From Armatimonadota bacterium (GTDB lineage: Bacteria; Armatimonadota; Fimbriimonadia; Fimbriimonadales; Fimbriimonadaceae), in the NCBI GenBank assembly GCA_031400935.1, contig JANNQV010000054.1:1-49102 (forward strand): a stretch of 49,102 bases of DNA, written 5' to 3'. Shown here piece by piece: positions 29,448-39,173 of the stretch (the stretch's first letter is position 1; the number at the start of each line of letters is the position of its first letter). The translations under genes and the position numbers were made by a program. The notes beneath the pieces were generated by a model. The model made no database searches and was not told the origin of the DNA. It saw nothing but the letters and a program-made list of their open reading frames with translations.

Positions 29448-31418
29448 TTATTCATTGGCTTCTAGAACAAGCTCGACTACATCCTTCAAAGCTATAATTT
29501 CGCCTGCAATTTGCTTGATAGAAGCATCTAACATGATTCGGCAAAACGGACACGCCACAGCAACCGTTGTTGCGCCAGTTGCGAGAAGTTCTTCTGTTCG
29601 TTTGTTTCCAGGCCGTTGTTCAGGCGGCTCTTCCATGAACATCCTCCCGCCTCCTGCTCCGCAGCAAAGCGACTTTCTTCCAAAATGTGCCGGTTCTGGT
29701 TGATTTTTCATTCCACTTACTGGATAGGCAGATTCGTTCAGGTTCGTTGCTTCTCCGAACAATGATCGGGGAGCGTCAGCCTCGTTGTTTACCCTCGCCA
29801 GATAGCAAGGATCGTGCAGCACCGTCGAGCCTGGGAGTAACTTTGCACCTTTGATCTTGCCTTCAGAAATGAGCTTCTGCAAGAACTGCGTATGGTGCAA
29901 GACTTCGGGTCTAAAATCGAATTGGTGATATTCGTTTTTGAGGGTGTTGAGGCAATGCGGGCAGGCGGTTAGAACTTTCTTCACCCCATATGCCGTCATG
30001 ACTTCCGCCATTGTTGCAGCCTTTTCTTGGAATAGAAACTCGTCCCCTACGCGCCTTGCCGGGTCGCCTGTGCAAGCCTCTTCGCTACCTAAACAAGCGA
30101 AAGAAACGCCAGCTTTCTTTAGCAAGCTTGCGAAAGCCTTTGTCGCTCGAACCGCCGCTGGGTCGGTCGCTCCAGCACAGCCAACCCAAAAAAGATATTC
30201 AAACGGCTCACCGCTCCTGCAAAGCGGAATATCGAGATCGCGCATCCAGTCTTCGCGGCTCGAACTCGGTTGCCCCCATGCATGGCCGGTTGATCCTAAT
30301 TGGCGGAGCATAACTGCTGCGGTTCCTGATAGCTTTCCTTCTGCCAACAGGTTTCTGCGCACATCAACGATCAAATCTACATGGCGAATGAGAACGGGAC
30401 AGGCTTCGACGCATGCATTGCACGTCGTGCAAGCCCACAGCGCTTCTTCCGAAATGGCTTCCGCAACGCTTGATTCTTTGGCCATCACTCCGCGGATGCT
30501 TTGCACGACGAGCTTAGGATTTAGGATTTTCCCCGCGTTGTTCGCTGGACAAACATCCGTGCATCTTCCGCATTCCATGCAGGCATCGAGGGACATCAAG
30601 TGCCATCGGGAATAGTCCTTTGCCAAGCCGACGCCAATTTGTCCCGTTCTCTCGACTTCTTCGATGGAAATTGACTTCAGTTCACCCCATGGCTGGTTGG
30701 CGTCATAACCGTACGAAGTCAGTATCGCCATCACGATATGTCGGAGCCTCATCCTTGGTATTACGGCAAAGAACACGGCAACCCAAACCATGTGGAACCA
30801 CCAAATGAATTTGTAGGTTTCAGGCTGAATCGAGCCTAGAGGCTTTGCTAGAGCGAAGCCAACCCACGACCAATTGTCCCAAGTTTGTGGCTGATTTGCG
30901 ATTCTGCCCGCTTCTAATACAAATCCGGTTACAGCTAACGTCAAGAGCAATGCAAGAGCCCACCAATCGCCAGATTCGTTTGCAATGCTCTTCGGTCGAA
31001 ACCAAATTCGCCTCCCCAGCGCCCATGAGCAGCCCACAACAAACAGCAATCCGAACGAATCGAAGATCGCCTCATACCAAAGATAAAACGTTCCTTGATG
31101 AAATTTGACTGGCCCATAAGAATTGACCGCCAGAATCGTCGTCGCTACGAATAGTGCCGCGAAGCCATAGAAAATCGCCATGTGCATTGGCGCACCCGAT
31201 TTTATTCGGCTGGTCTTGACTTTTCGTTGAGCAACGACGTATTTCCACCAGGCGCCAAGTCCGGCTGGCTTCCAATCAATCGGCTTGCCCGACATCCATA
31301 TTTGGCTTCTTTCCCAGATTTGCAAGGCCATGAATCCGAGCGAAGAGAAGATCAGAACATAGAAAACGATCTTTTCAGGAAAGGAAATATGCAAAAACTC
31401 TTGGCGAGTTGGCGTCAC
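29448..31418 (-). CDS. Membrane Fe-S oxidoreductase (FadF/heterodisulfide-reductase-like)
   Basis: N-terminal TM helices; CMECGRCTDVCP and CTTCNACVEACP; CCG domains (HDPCYLAR, CCGAGGG). Confidence 0.88.
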   Translation of the reverse strand: MTPTRQEFLHISFPEKIVFYVLIFSSLGFMALQIWERSQIWMSGKPIDWKPAGLGAWWKYVVAQRKVKTSRIKSGAPMHMAIFYGFAALFVATTILAVNSYGPVKFHQGTFYLWYEAIFDSFGLLFVVGCSWALGRRIWFRPKSIANESGDWWALALLLTLAVTGFVLEAGRIANQPQTWDNWSWVGFALAKPLGSIQPETYKFIWWFHMVWVAVFFAVIPRMRLRHIVMAILTSYGYDANQPWGELKSISIEEVERTGQIGVGLAKDYSRWHLMSLDACMECGRCTDVCPANNAGKILNPKLVVQSIRGVMAKESSVAEAISEEALWACTTCNACVEACPVLIRHVDLIVDVRRNLLAEGKLSGTAAVMLRQLGSTGHAWGQPSSSREDWMRDLDIPLCRSGEPFEYLFWVGCAGATDPAAVRATKAFASLLKKAGVSFACLGSEEACTGDPARRVGDEFLFQEKAATMAEVMTAYGVKKVLTACPHCLNTLKNEYHQFDFRPEVLHHTQFLQKLISEGKIKGAKLLPGSTVLHDPCYLARVNNEADAPRSLFGEATNLNESAYPVSGMKNQPEPAHFGRKSLCCGAGGGRMFMEEPPEQRPGNKRTEELLATGATTVAVACPFCRIMLDASIKQIAGEIIALKDVVELVLEANE

Positions 31419-31478
31419 AGCTTCTGATTTTCCCTGAAATCGGTTTAGTTTGCTCTAGGCTCAAACATTCCACAGAGT

Positions 31479-32273
31479 TTATGCTTCAAAAATGAGGGCA
31501 GAAGGCATAAGAAGTTGATTCGAATAAGTAAGAATCGGCGCAACTTGAAGGCTCATTTTTCGAGCCAACAGCCAATCTAGGAATAGTGAATGTTCTCTCG
31601 CGTCTATAGCTGAATCGCCCGATCCCACGCCTCGGAAACTAAAAATCGCCCAACTTCTCTCTTCGATCGCTCTTTCAGCGATGGATTCAAGTTCTCGTGA
31701 CGAAACCCCAAATGCATCGAAAGAATTTAGTTCGCTGACATTAAAGTCGGTCTGCGAGTTTGTGCCAGGCTTCACGGTTTTTGCGACCCGAAAAAGCTTG
31801 TTTACTACTGAATCGTAAGTCGAAGGAATCTGATTGTATGGCGAGTGGACGCAACCGCATTCAGCTCCAGGATAAGCAAAGGCAAAGTCCGTCTGATACG
31901 GAAAAATCTCTGTTAGTAACTTCCGGCTCATCCTCAAATCTTCTTCGACCATGTCTAGAGTCCAGTTTGATAGATTGCCTCGCTCATCGGTGAATCCATC
32001 TAACGAATGGCTTCCGATTTCGAATCCTTGCGATTGAGCCGCCGCCCAAGCTTGCGGATTTTCTAGCAATTGAAGTGAAGGAAGGAAGAATGTTGCGTCT
32101 ATATCTCGTTCTGCCAAGGCTGGAATCACGGTTTCAAGATGTGAAGGATCGCCGCCATCGTACGTGAGCGAAATCGCTCCCGTTCGCGATGACGCGCGTT
32201 GAACCTCTTGTCTATCCTCGGCCATTATTGGCTTCATTATATGTCTTATGCCGTAAATGTGCCTAGCAATCAC
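31479..32273 (-). CDS. Polysaccharide deacetylase-family protein (possibly degenerate; start uncertain)
   Basis: ISLTYDGG, ATFFL, EIGSHS, FAYPG. Confidence 0.7.
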   Translation of the reverse strand: MIARHIYGIRHIMKPIMAEDRQEVQRASSRTGAISLTYDGGDPSHLETVIPALAERDIDATFFLPSLQLLENPQAWAAAQSQGFEIGSHSLDGFTDERGNLSNWTLDMVEEDLRMSRKLLTEIFPYQTDFAFAYPGAECGCVHSPYNQIPSTYDSVVNKLFRVAKTVKPGTNSQTDFNVSELNSFDAFGVSSRELESIAERAIEERSWAIFSFRGVGSGDSAIDAREHSLFLDWLLARKMSLQVAPILTYSNQLLMPSALIFEA

Positions 32274-32435
32274 ACTGGGGAGGGGATTTTTTGATAAAGT
32301 TGTTTAGGGGATTCATTTGGGAGTGCGCGCGTTATTCGGATTGATTTCAATGGGTTCGGTAACGTGAGAGCTAGTTTCAGCCAAGTTCAACCTTCATTTT
32401 CATTCACCCAATTCATGTCGTTCACCCAATTCAGA

Positions 32436-33137
32436 TCACGTCCCCCTCTCATTCCCCCAAAGCTCAACATGTAGACGAGGCGAAAGCCGCCAGCCTCGAT
32501 CCAAGCAAATCGGAGCCAACAAACGTTGCCTCCGAACCTGGGTCTCATGGTCAATTCCTTCCGCCATGAGCAAGATTCGATCCTTTTCAACCCTAGGAAG
32601 CTTGCTTAGGAGCGAATCAATCTCATAAAGATCATTTCCAATTTCTGGATTCACAACGAATTTGAGCTGAAATTCATATTCATTCATCAAGTCTGTGAGA
32701 ACTGCAAAATTCAGCCTTGTAGCTTCGTGCCTTTCTGCCCAACCAATGCCAGCTGATTCATCTGGAGTCGAGTTCGAAAGTTTCGGGCTGATTGACATCA
32801 AATCGCATGCCAAATCTCGACAAATTGTCCCGGCTGTTTCAATCGTGATTCGGTGTCCGTTCGCTTTGAGTTTGTCGCAGAGTTCAGCAATTGGCTCAAA
32901 CAGCATCGGCTCTCCGCCTGTGACAACGACGTCGCAAATCCCCGCTTTTTGAACCTGGCTTGCTATCGCATCAGTTTCTATTTTTGGTCCTTCAGGATTC
33001 CAGCTTGCATATTTTGTATCGCACCATGAACAACGAAGATTGCATCCGCTAACTCGGACAAATGTCGAAGGCGTCCCAACCCAAATTCCCTCGCCCTGAA
33101 TGCTTGAAAAAATTTCCGAAATTCGTAATTTGCTCAT
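32436..33137 (-). CDS. queE: 7-carboxy-7-deazaguanine synthase (radical SAM)
   Basis: [29 protein letters not shown]; coupled to queC. Confidence 0.92.
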   Translation of the reverse strand: MSKLRISEIFSSIQGEGIWVGTPSTFVRVSGCNLRCSWCDTKYASWNPEGPKIETDAIASQVQKAGICDVVVTGGEPMLFEPIAELCDKLKANGHRITIETAGTICRDLACDLMSISPKLSNSTPDESAGIGWAERHEATRLNFAVLTDLMNEYEFQLKFVVNPEIGNDLYEIDSLLSKLPRVEKDRILLMAEGIDHETQVRRQRLLAPICLDRGWRLSPRLHVELWGNERGT

Positions 33138-33892
33138 GGATAGGAAGACCCTTCCTTAGACGACAAAGGAGGCTGAGGAGGGAGTCCGGACAAAGCAGGA
33201 TCTTCGATTCCCAACTCCCCAAAAGCCCTCGCCCTTAGTTGGCACGAGTCGCACCTGCCACAAGCATTGCCATCAACCGGATCATAGCAAGAATGAGTCA
33301 TCCCGTAATCTACGCCAAGATCAAGCCCATTTTGAATTGTTTCAGTTTTAGACAAATGAACAAGCGGAGCGTGAATTGTGATCTCAGCTCCTTCAACCCC
33401 GGCTTTTGTTCCCAATCGCGCCATTGCCTGAAACGCCTCCAGGAATTCTTGCCTGCAATCCGGGTACCCGCTGTAATCCACTGCGCTGACGCCTATGAAA
33501 ATGTCATTTGCGCTAATGACTTCTGCATAAGCCAAAGCTAGCGAAAGGAAAATTGTGTTTCGAGCCGGGACGTAGGTGACTGGAATGTCAATTAATTTTC
33601 CTTTCGGAAAATCTAGACAGGATGAATCCTGGCCTACGCATGGCTGGTCTTTCGGCACGTCAATGTCATCAGTCAATGCCGAGCCGCCAAATTGATCGAG
33701 AGGAATCGAAATCATCCGGTGCTCTTTAGCTCCCATTGCGGTTGCAATTCGGCGTGACGCATCTAGTTCAATACTGTGCCTCTGCCCGTAAGCAATCGTG
33801 AGCGCAAAGACCTCAAATCCGAGGTCTTTGGCAATGGCAAAAACTGTTGTGGAATCAAGCCCTCCGCTCAGAAGGACGACGGCGCGTGGCAT
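33134..33892 (-). CDS. queC: 7-cyano-7-deazaguanine synthase
   Basis: [33 protein letters not shown]. Confidence 0.95.
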   Translation of the reverse strand: MPRAVVLLSGGLDSTTVFAIAKDLGFEVFALTIAYGQRHSIELDASRRIATAMGAKEHRMISIPLDQFGGSALTDDIDVPKDQPCVGQDSSCLDFPKGKLIDIPVTYVPARNTIFLSLALAYAEVISANDIFIGVSAVDYSGYPDCRQEFLEAFQAMARLGTKAGVEGAEITIHAPLVHLSKTETIQNGLDLGVDYGMTHSCYDPVDGNACGRCDSCQLRARAFGELGIEDPALSGLPPQPPLSSKEGSSYP

Positions 33893-33930
33893 TCTCTCAT
33901 TATGAACTGGGAGAATTGGGTGACCGCCAT

Positions 33931-34000
33931 CCATCAACCGCCATCTGCTTACTGCTAACCGCCATTAACTTGCTAACCACCTGCAAACCACCTGCCAACG
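33931..34000. repeat. Degenerate heptamer tandem repeats
   Basis: CAACCGC/CATCTGC/TTACTGC/TAACCGC units. Confidence 0.6.
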
Positions 34001-34006
34001 AAACGC

Positions 34007-34873
34007 TTAAGCGCTCTTCTTCTCATCCCTCGGATAATCACCTGCCAAAATTCTATCGAATTCGCCGCTCAAAACCCATCTTTCGAGCATTTGCGTTCGG
34101 TGGACTGGCATCGGATGCGTGTAAGTTGCGCTCATCAAAGTAAAAATTAGAATCTTGCCAACTGCGTCCCAACCCGTCATATCCTGATACGCCCGAGCCT
34201 GATCCATGAATGCATCGCGGCTCATTTCGTGCGAGAGGCGGTTTGGCCCTGCCGTCAAAGCGAGGTTAGCATCAATCGAAAGGTCAAGCGACTGCGAAAC
34301 CAAAAGCCCAGAACGGTCTGCTGTGATTTCCGCTTGCCGCATCCATTCGTAAAAAGCCAGCATCAGACCGATGCTTGCAACATCGCCAAGGCCAAAGGTG
34401 CGCCTACCGATCATTTCCAAAAGAGGCAAAAGCACCCTTGCCACCGAAAAATACAAAATGTGTCCAGCTTTGATGTGCCCAAGTTCATGCCCGATCAGGT
34501 GGTAAAGCTGCTCGTCGTTCAGCGTGTCTATCATCGAAGATCGCAACGTAATGTAGTTGCGCTCCACCCCGCCCGCGAATGCATTAGGGAAAGGATTGCT
34601 GGTCACATAAAGCTCTGGCTCGGGCATGTCGAGCACGTCGCACGATTCGCGCAAAATGTTGTAAAGCGTCTTGTATTGGTTCGGCCCGCACCTTACTGAC
34701 ATGGACATGTTGTAGCAATACATCCACCTGTCGAAGCCAAATTCATGGAACTTGCCCACGATTTGGGGCAGAAGCGGAATCCTCTGAAGCGCGTTCAGCG
34801 CCGCCTTATCGCCATCTGAAACGAAGGCGTCGGTCGAAATCCCGGTGAGTATCTTGCGCTTTGTTTTTGCCAT
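34007..34873 (-). CDS. M48 family zinc metallopeptidase
   Basis: PNAF, HELGH, AEITADR, THP..R. Confidence 0.88.
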   Translation of the reverse strand: MAKTKRKILTGISTDAFVSDGDKAALNALQRIPLLPQIVGKFHEFGFDRWMYCYNMSMSVRCGPNQYKTLYNILRESCDVLDMPEPELYVTSNPFPNAFAGGVERNYITLRSSMIDTLNDEQLYHLIGHELGHIKAGHILYFSVARVLLPLLEMIGRRTFGLGDVASIGLMLAFYEWMRQAEITADRSGLLVSQSLDLSIDANLALTAGPNRLSHEMSRDAFMDQARAYQDMTGWDAVGKILIFTLMSATYTHPMPVHRTQMLERWVLSGEFDRILAGDYPRDEKKSA

Positions 34874-34920
34874 TTGTTTTTGGTACGGTGGGAACGGGGA
34901 ATAGGTTTCGGCGGCGCTTT

Positions 34921-35017
34921 GTTATCGGTTGTTAGTTGTTGGTTGTTGGTTTTCTCGACCCGCTAACCGCCAACTGCTAACAACCAACAACCAACAACCA
35001 ACAACTGACAACTGAAC
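34921..35017. repeat. Inverted arrays of heptamer repeats (GTTGTTG)n / (CAACAAC)n
   Basis: GTTATCG GTTGTTA GTTGTTG GTTGTTG ... TAACAAC CAACAAC x3 TGACAAC. Confidence 0.85.
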
Positions 35018-35019
35018 GT

Positions 35020-36408
35020 CTACCGAATAGAAACGATGGAAAAACCTTCGTTCCAGCGTTCTTTGATCCAATCGGCGGGCAGGTAACTACCCTCCCAAAA
35101 AGCCTGGCTGCCTCTGTCCATGCCTCGCGCCATGCCGATTACCCACCTCTTTTCTTTCTCGATGTAGCCAACAGCGGAGACCGAATATCTATCATCCCAA
35201 GCACTTCGAATGTCGCGTGTTGGAACCGAGGATTCAACAAAGACCTTCTGAGAAACGGAACCGGTTCCAAATCGGGTTACAACATGGAGGACGTAGTCTT
35301 TATCTGAATCAACATCAGTTAGTATAAATCCTTTTTCGGCAAAGCCCTTTACATAGTCTTCGTCAAATTTTGAGCCGACGCGATAGGCTTGCTGAGCGAT
35401 TTTCTTTGACTTCGACATCACTACAATCCAGTCGCCTTTCGAGCGGGCGACGCTTGTTATTGAGAGTTTTTTCTTCCAATTGTCAGAAACCCAATCTCGT
35501 GGGAATTTGGAGCTGACTGTGTAAGCCTGATCGCTGAACTCGTTGCCTTCCGAAAGCACGAACATCCAGCCTTTGTCTCCCTTGCCAACTTGGTCAATGT
35601 AGTAGCCTCGATATTTGCTCATCCAATCAATCGTCTCAGAAGTCTTGCCAGAAACCTGCACCAATCTCTGATTCTTCTTCTCTTTGGTTGCGACGACAAA
35701 CCAGCGTCCTGAATCTGGCGTTGCAGTTGAACCGGAACCTGAATTAGAACTTGAAGAACCCGACGATCCGGAGCCGGATGAGGCGCTTCCGCTGATTGCT
35801 TTTGGATCAACGGCGTCAATCATCAGGCAAAATTTGAGGCCTTCGGTGTCTTTTAATCCGAAATTGACAATCGCAACCAGTTTGCCGTCATGGGTGAAAA
35901 CCGGGCCGCCGCTGTTTCCCGGGTTGATCGCCGTGTCGGTTTGAATATGGTTGCCGCGGAGCGCACTTACAATTCCTGTGCTGACACTAAATTTGAGCCC
36001 CTTTGGGCTGCCGATCACAAACAGGCCTTGCCCAAGATCGAGTCTCTTGGCTACCCCAGTAGTTGCTGCTTTGAATTTGGAACCGCGAATTTGCAAAATC
36101 GCATAGTCTTTTGCAGAATCCTTCATCACGACTTCGACCGAATACCGTTTCCCATCGCTGAACGTGGCTTCGAGCGAGCTTGACTTATCTACGACATGTG
36201 CGGCAGTCAGGGCCAAGCCGTCCTCTCGCAAAACAACGCCAGAACCGATTGCTTTGCCTTTTGAGGTCTTTGCCTCTAGGTGAAAAACGGAGGGCATTAC
36301 GGCTGCGACGGGTTTTGCGAGGTCTTGCTCTGTACCGATAGCGGTGCTAAAAGTAAGTCCAAGTATCAAAAACGCACAGGTGGATAAGGCTCGATTTCGT
36401 GATTTCAT
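35020..36408 (-). CDS. Exported trypsin-like serine protease with C-terminal Trp-rich repeat domain
   Basis: TAAHV, D, NPGNSGGP triad; Ser/Gly linker; repeats like FPRDWVSDNW..SITSVA..WIVVMS. Confidence 0.85.
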   Translation of the reverse strand: MKSRNRALSTCAFLILGLTFSTAIGTEQDLAKPVAAVMPSVFHLEAKTSKGKAIGSGVVLREDGLALTAAHVVDKSSSLEATFSDGKRYSVEVVMKDSAKDYAILQIRGSKFKAATTGVAKRLDLGQGLFVIGSPKGLKFSVSTGIVSALRGNHIQTDTAINPGNSGGPVFTHDGKLVAIVNFGLKDTEGLKFCLMIDAVDPKAISGSASSGSGSSGSSSSNSGSGSTATPDSGRWFVVATKEKKNQRLVQVSGKTSETIDWMSKYRGYYIDQVGKGDKGWMFVLSEGNEFSDQAYTVSSKFPRDWVSDNWKKKLSITSVARSKGDWIVVMSKSKKIAQQAYRVGSKFDEDYVKGFAEKGFILTDVDSDKDYVLHVVTRFGTGSVSQKVFVESSVPTRDIRSAWDDRYSVSAVGYIEKEKRWVIGMARGMDRGSQAFWEGSYLPADWIKERWNEGFSIVSIR

Positions 36409-36501
36409 AGTTGCTCCCAAGTTCAATCTAGCATACGCCTAAAAGTTGAAAAGGTCAAGTGGAATGTTGAGTCTCTGTTCTGTTCTGTCGCATTTTATAA
36501 T

Positions 36502-37434
36502 TTACGGCTTGATTGGCTTTCCTACCCTTTTCAGCTTCAATTTGAAATACTTTTGCAAATCTTTCCAGACATCAGCTCCCACCATCTTTACGTGGCCATC
36601 AGCGTATCCGACCAGAAAGTTTCCAGTTGGCCAAGCTGTCGGGTCGAACAGCATTGGAGTTTGGGCAACTTCGGGAATGGAGGTAAACGGAACCCCTCCT
36701 AAGCACATATTAAAGTGGAAGGGGCCGGGCTTGTTTGGGTTCAAGGTTGAAAAAACCGTGTTGTTTTTGATGTAAGGGCTCGTAACCGTATGAATGGTCT
36801 TCACACTATTCACATTAGGCAGAATATCGTCGTAGTCGGTCGCATACATGATCAGACCTAGGGAAAACTGCTTGAGATTGCTAATTGACTGAGTTTGTGC
36901 TGCCGGGGACGCCACTTTTCGCGTATCACTCTTCTTTTGGAATTCATCCAGCTTGGCTAAGTAATTATCGCGAGTGAGCCCTGGGAACGGTTCGATTGTG
37001 CCGATTTGATTCGATTTTAGGAGCTTTAGCTTTAATTGGATATTTTTAAATGCGCCACCCTCAGCAAATGCGCTGATCTCCTCAATTGATGGCTCCCAAA
37101 TGTATGTGACCAGAAATTTTTCACCGTAGAGTTCGACGATTTGATTGTCTGTCCAAGAAACTGGAAGTAGTTCGAAGATCTCGCTCAGCGACTTTCTTGA
37201 TCCCGAACTTCCTGAACTGAATCCTAAACCTGCATATTGGAACGCATACGAAGAATAGTAATCGCCCAATGCTCCGCTGCTCTGCTCCTTGATCTTTATC
37301 GGGAAATAGCTTGCTCCTAGCTCACGAGGTGTCTTTTCGATCGGCAAATTGGTTCCTGGAAATAACGGAACCTGCTGCGCCAAACAAATGCAGGCTGCCG
37401 TGGTTGCGAGAATGAGGAAATGGATCTTTTTCAT
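36502..37434 (-). CDS. Exported protein with H-X9-DG/DUF1559-like C-terminal region
   Basis: SISNLKQFSLGLIMYATDYDD.LP and VGYADGHVK; AGGAGG SD before ATG 37434. Confidence 0.7.
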   Translation of the reverse strand: MKKIHFLILATTAACICLAQQVPLFPGTNLPIEKTPRELGASYFPIKIKEQSSGALGDYYSSYAFQYAGLGFSSGSSGSRKSLSEIFELLPVSWTDNQIVELYGEKFLVTYIWEPSIEEISAFAEGGAFKNIQLKLKLLKSNQIGTIEPFPGLTRDNYLAKLDEFQKKSDTRKVASPAAQTQSISNLKQFSLGLIMYATDYDDILPNVNSVKTIHTVTSPYIKNNTVFSTLNPNKPGPFHFNMCLGGVPFTSIPEVAQTPMLFDPTAWPTGNFLVGYADGHVKMVGADVWKDLQKYFKLKLKRVGKPIKP

Positions 37435-37485
37435 AAGATGCCTCCTATGAATTAGCATAGCTCAAAGAACAGAGAGTAAGTTCTT

Positions 37486-37533
37486 CACGGGCTTGTGAGC
37501 CCGTGCCGCTCTCGGGAGGGACGCCCGAGCCAC
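37486..37533 (-). repeat. Tandem REP-like hairpins (possible terminator)
   Basis: Minus strand GTGG-CTCGGGCGTCCCTCCCGAG and GCGG-CACGGGCTCACAAGCCCGTG immediately after the stop at 37535. Confidence 0.65.
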
Positions 37534-37534
37534 G

Positions 37535-39169
37535 TTACATTGTCCTCGTAGGCAAAACCCGAATCCTTCGATGAGGCTCATCCCCCACCGCTTCGCTTGC
37601 AAGCCTTCTTGACTCAATCAAGTGATGCTGCACCTTGCGAATTGGAGCCGACTGGGGAGACAACTCAACAGCCTTTCCCGTTTGCAAAACCTGATCAATG
37701 GCTTTCTGGCATTCTTCAAGCGACTCGGATTCGTCGGCATGAGTTTCACCCGACTGCTTCAGCAAATCGTCTAACGCCTGTGCGATTTGGCCATAAGTAT
37801 TCGATTTGATGACGATAGTGGGAATCGGGCGCCCAGAGAGATCGCGAAGCTTCTTCGGCTTGCTTTGGAAAGTAGTTCGAATCGCCAAAATCACTTCGGC
37901 ATGGGTAATTTCGTTCACGACGTAAATCGGCAGCTTTTTGTCGCGAATCGCCCGCTCTAACCGGGTTCTAGCGATGCCGTAAGGGTAGAGCTTCAACATT
38001 CCCGTCACGCTGTTCGGTGTAGAAACAGGCGGCTCCGTTGGCTCGGGATTTCGAGACAATGCCGGATACCGCCTGTTGAATCCTGGCTCGTTTACTTCAG
38101 TGGATTCTTCTGTTTGAACCACTTCAACCTTTCCATCCAACCGAGTTCGAATCTCAGGACGAGGCTGAATTCCCCGAAGGAACACGTCCACCGTCTTCAT
38201 GACGTCACGATGAACTGCCAGCCGGTCAAAATCAATCAGCTCGATCAGTACATCAAAGGTGGGAGGTGCCTTTCGCTCCAAAACGGTCTTTTGCGTCCCT
38301 CGCCTTCTAGCTTCATCGTCTGAAAGCGTTACCGCCTGAATTCCGCCAATGAGGTCTGCCAACGACGGATTCAACATCAAATTCTCAAGGGTTTGGCCGT
38401 GAGCGGTCCCGATAAGTTGAACGCCGCGCTCGGCAATCGTTCGAGCGGCTAGAGCCTCTGCCTCGTTGCCGATTTCATCAATCACGATAACCTCTGGCAT
38501 GTGGTTTTCGACAGCTTCGATCATCACTTGATGCTGCTCGCTAGGCTGTCGAACCTGCATTCGCCGCGCTCCACCGATACCAGGATGCGGCACATCTCCG
38601 TCGCCAGCAATTTCGTTGGAAGTGTCTACGATGATGACCCGCTTTCCAACTTCATCAGCAAGTACCCGTGCTACCTCGCGAAGCTTTGTGGTCTTGCCAA
38701 CGCCAGGGCGGCCCAAAATGAGAATGGACTTTCCTGAGCGAACGATGTCATCAATGATGTCAATCGTGCCTTCGAGGGCGCGCCCAACCCGGCAAGTAAG
38801 CCCGACAACCTTTCCATGCCGATTGCGAATACATGAAATTCGGTGGAGAGTTCGCTCAATGCCAGCCCGGTTATCGAACCCAAATTCGCTGATCTGCTTG
38901 ATCACCGCTTCGAGATCATGCTCAGTGACAATCACATCGTCGTACCTTTCAACCCGGTTTCGGTAACGCACCTCGGCGGGACGGCCGTAATCGAGAACAA
39001 TCTCGATGAGCCGGTCAATTTCGGCAGTCCTTTCAATTCTCTCTCGAACAACAGCAGGCAATACATCCAAAAGTTGGAAAACGCCGTCGTCGTCAAGTGT
39101 CAGAAAAGAAGGTTCCGAAGCTACATCGGTTTCGTCCTTCTGGGGACGAATAGGTTCATTGTTTGACAT
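37535..39169 (-). CDS. Ycf45/SpoIIIAA-like AAA ATPase with R3H domain
   Basis: NRAGIERTLHRIS, GRPGVGKTT, VDTSNEIAGDGD, IVIDEIG, TAHG; C-terminal RKVQH. Confidence 0.88.
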   Translation of the reverse strand: MSNNEPIRPQKDETDVASEPSFLTLDDDGVFQLLDVLPAVVRERIERTAEIDRLIEIVLDYGRPAEVRYRNRVERYDDVIVTEHDLEAVIKQISEFGFDNRAGIERTLHRISCIRNRHGKVVGLTCRVGRALEGTIDIIDDIVRSGKSILILGRPGVGKTTKLREVARVLADEVGKRVIIVDTSNEIAGDGDVPHPGIGGARRMQVRQPSEQHQVMIEAVENHMPEVIVIDEIGNEAEALAARTIAERGVQLIGTAHGQTLENLMLNPSLADLIGGIQAVTLSDDEARRRGTQKTVLERKAPPTFDVLIELIDFDRLAVHRDVMKTVDVFLRGIQPRPEIRTRLDGKVEVVQTEESTEVNEPGFNRRYPALSRNPEPTEPPVSTPNSVTGMLKLYPYGIARTRLERAIRDKKLPIYVVNEITHAEVILAIRTTFQSKPKKLRDLSGRPIPTIVIKSNTYGQIAQALDDLLKQSGETHADESESLEECQKAIDQVLQTGKAVELSPQSAPIRKVQHHLIESRRLASEAVGDEPHRRIRVLPTRTM

Positions 39170-39173
39170 GATA

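Noticed and set aside
32436..33892. queC/queE as a Dpd or QatABCD-type defence system
   Set aside because: Both look like canonical queuosine-pathway enzymes; no dpdA, TatD or ATPase partners are adjacent
33893..34006. preQ1 riboswitch upstream of queC
   Set aside because: No preQ1-like stem with an A-rich tail; the region is heptamer repeats and a -10 box sits 6 nt from the start
34921..35017. CRISPR array
   Set aside because: 7-bp tandem units without unique spacers; no cas genes in the window
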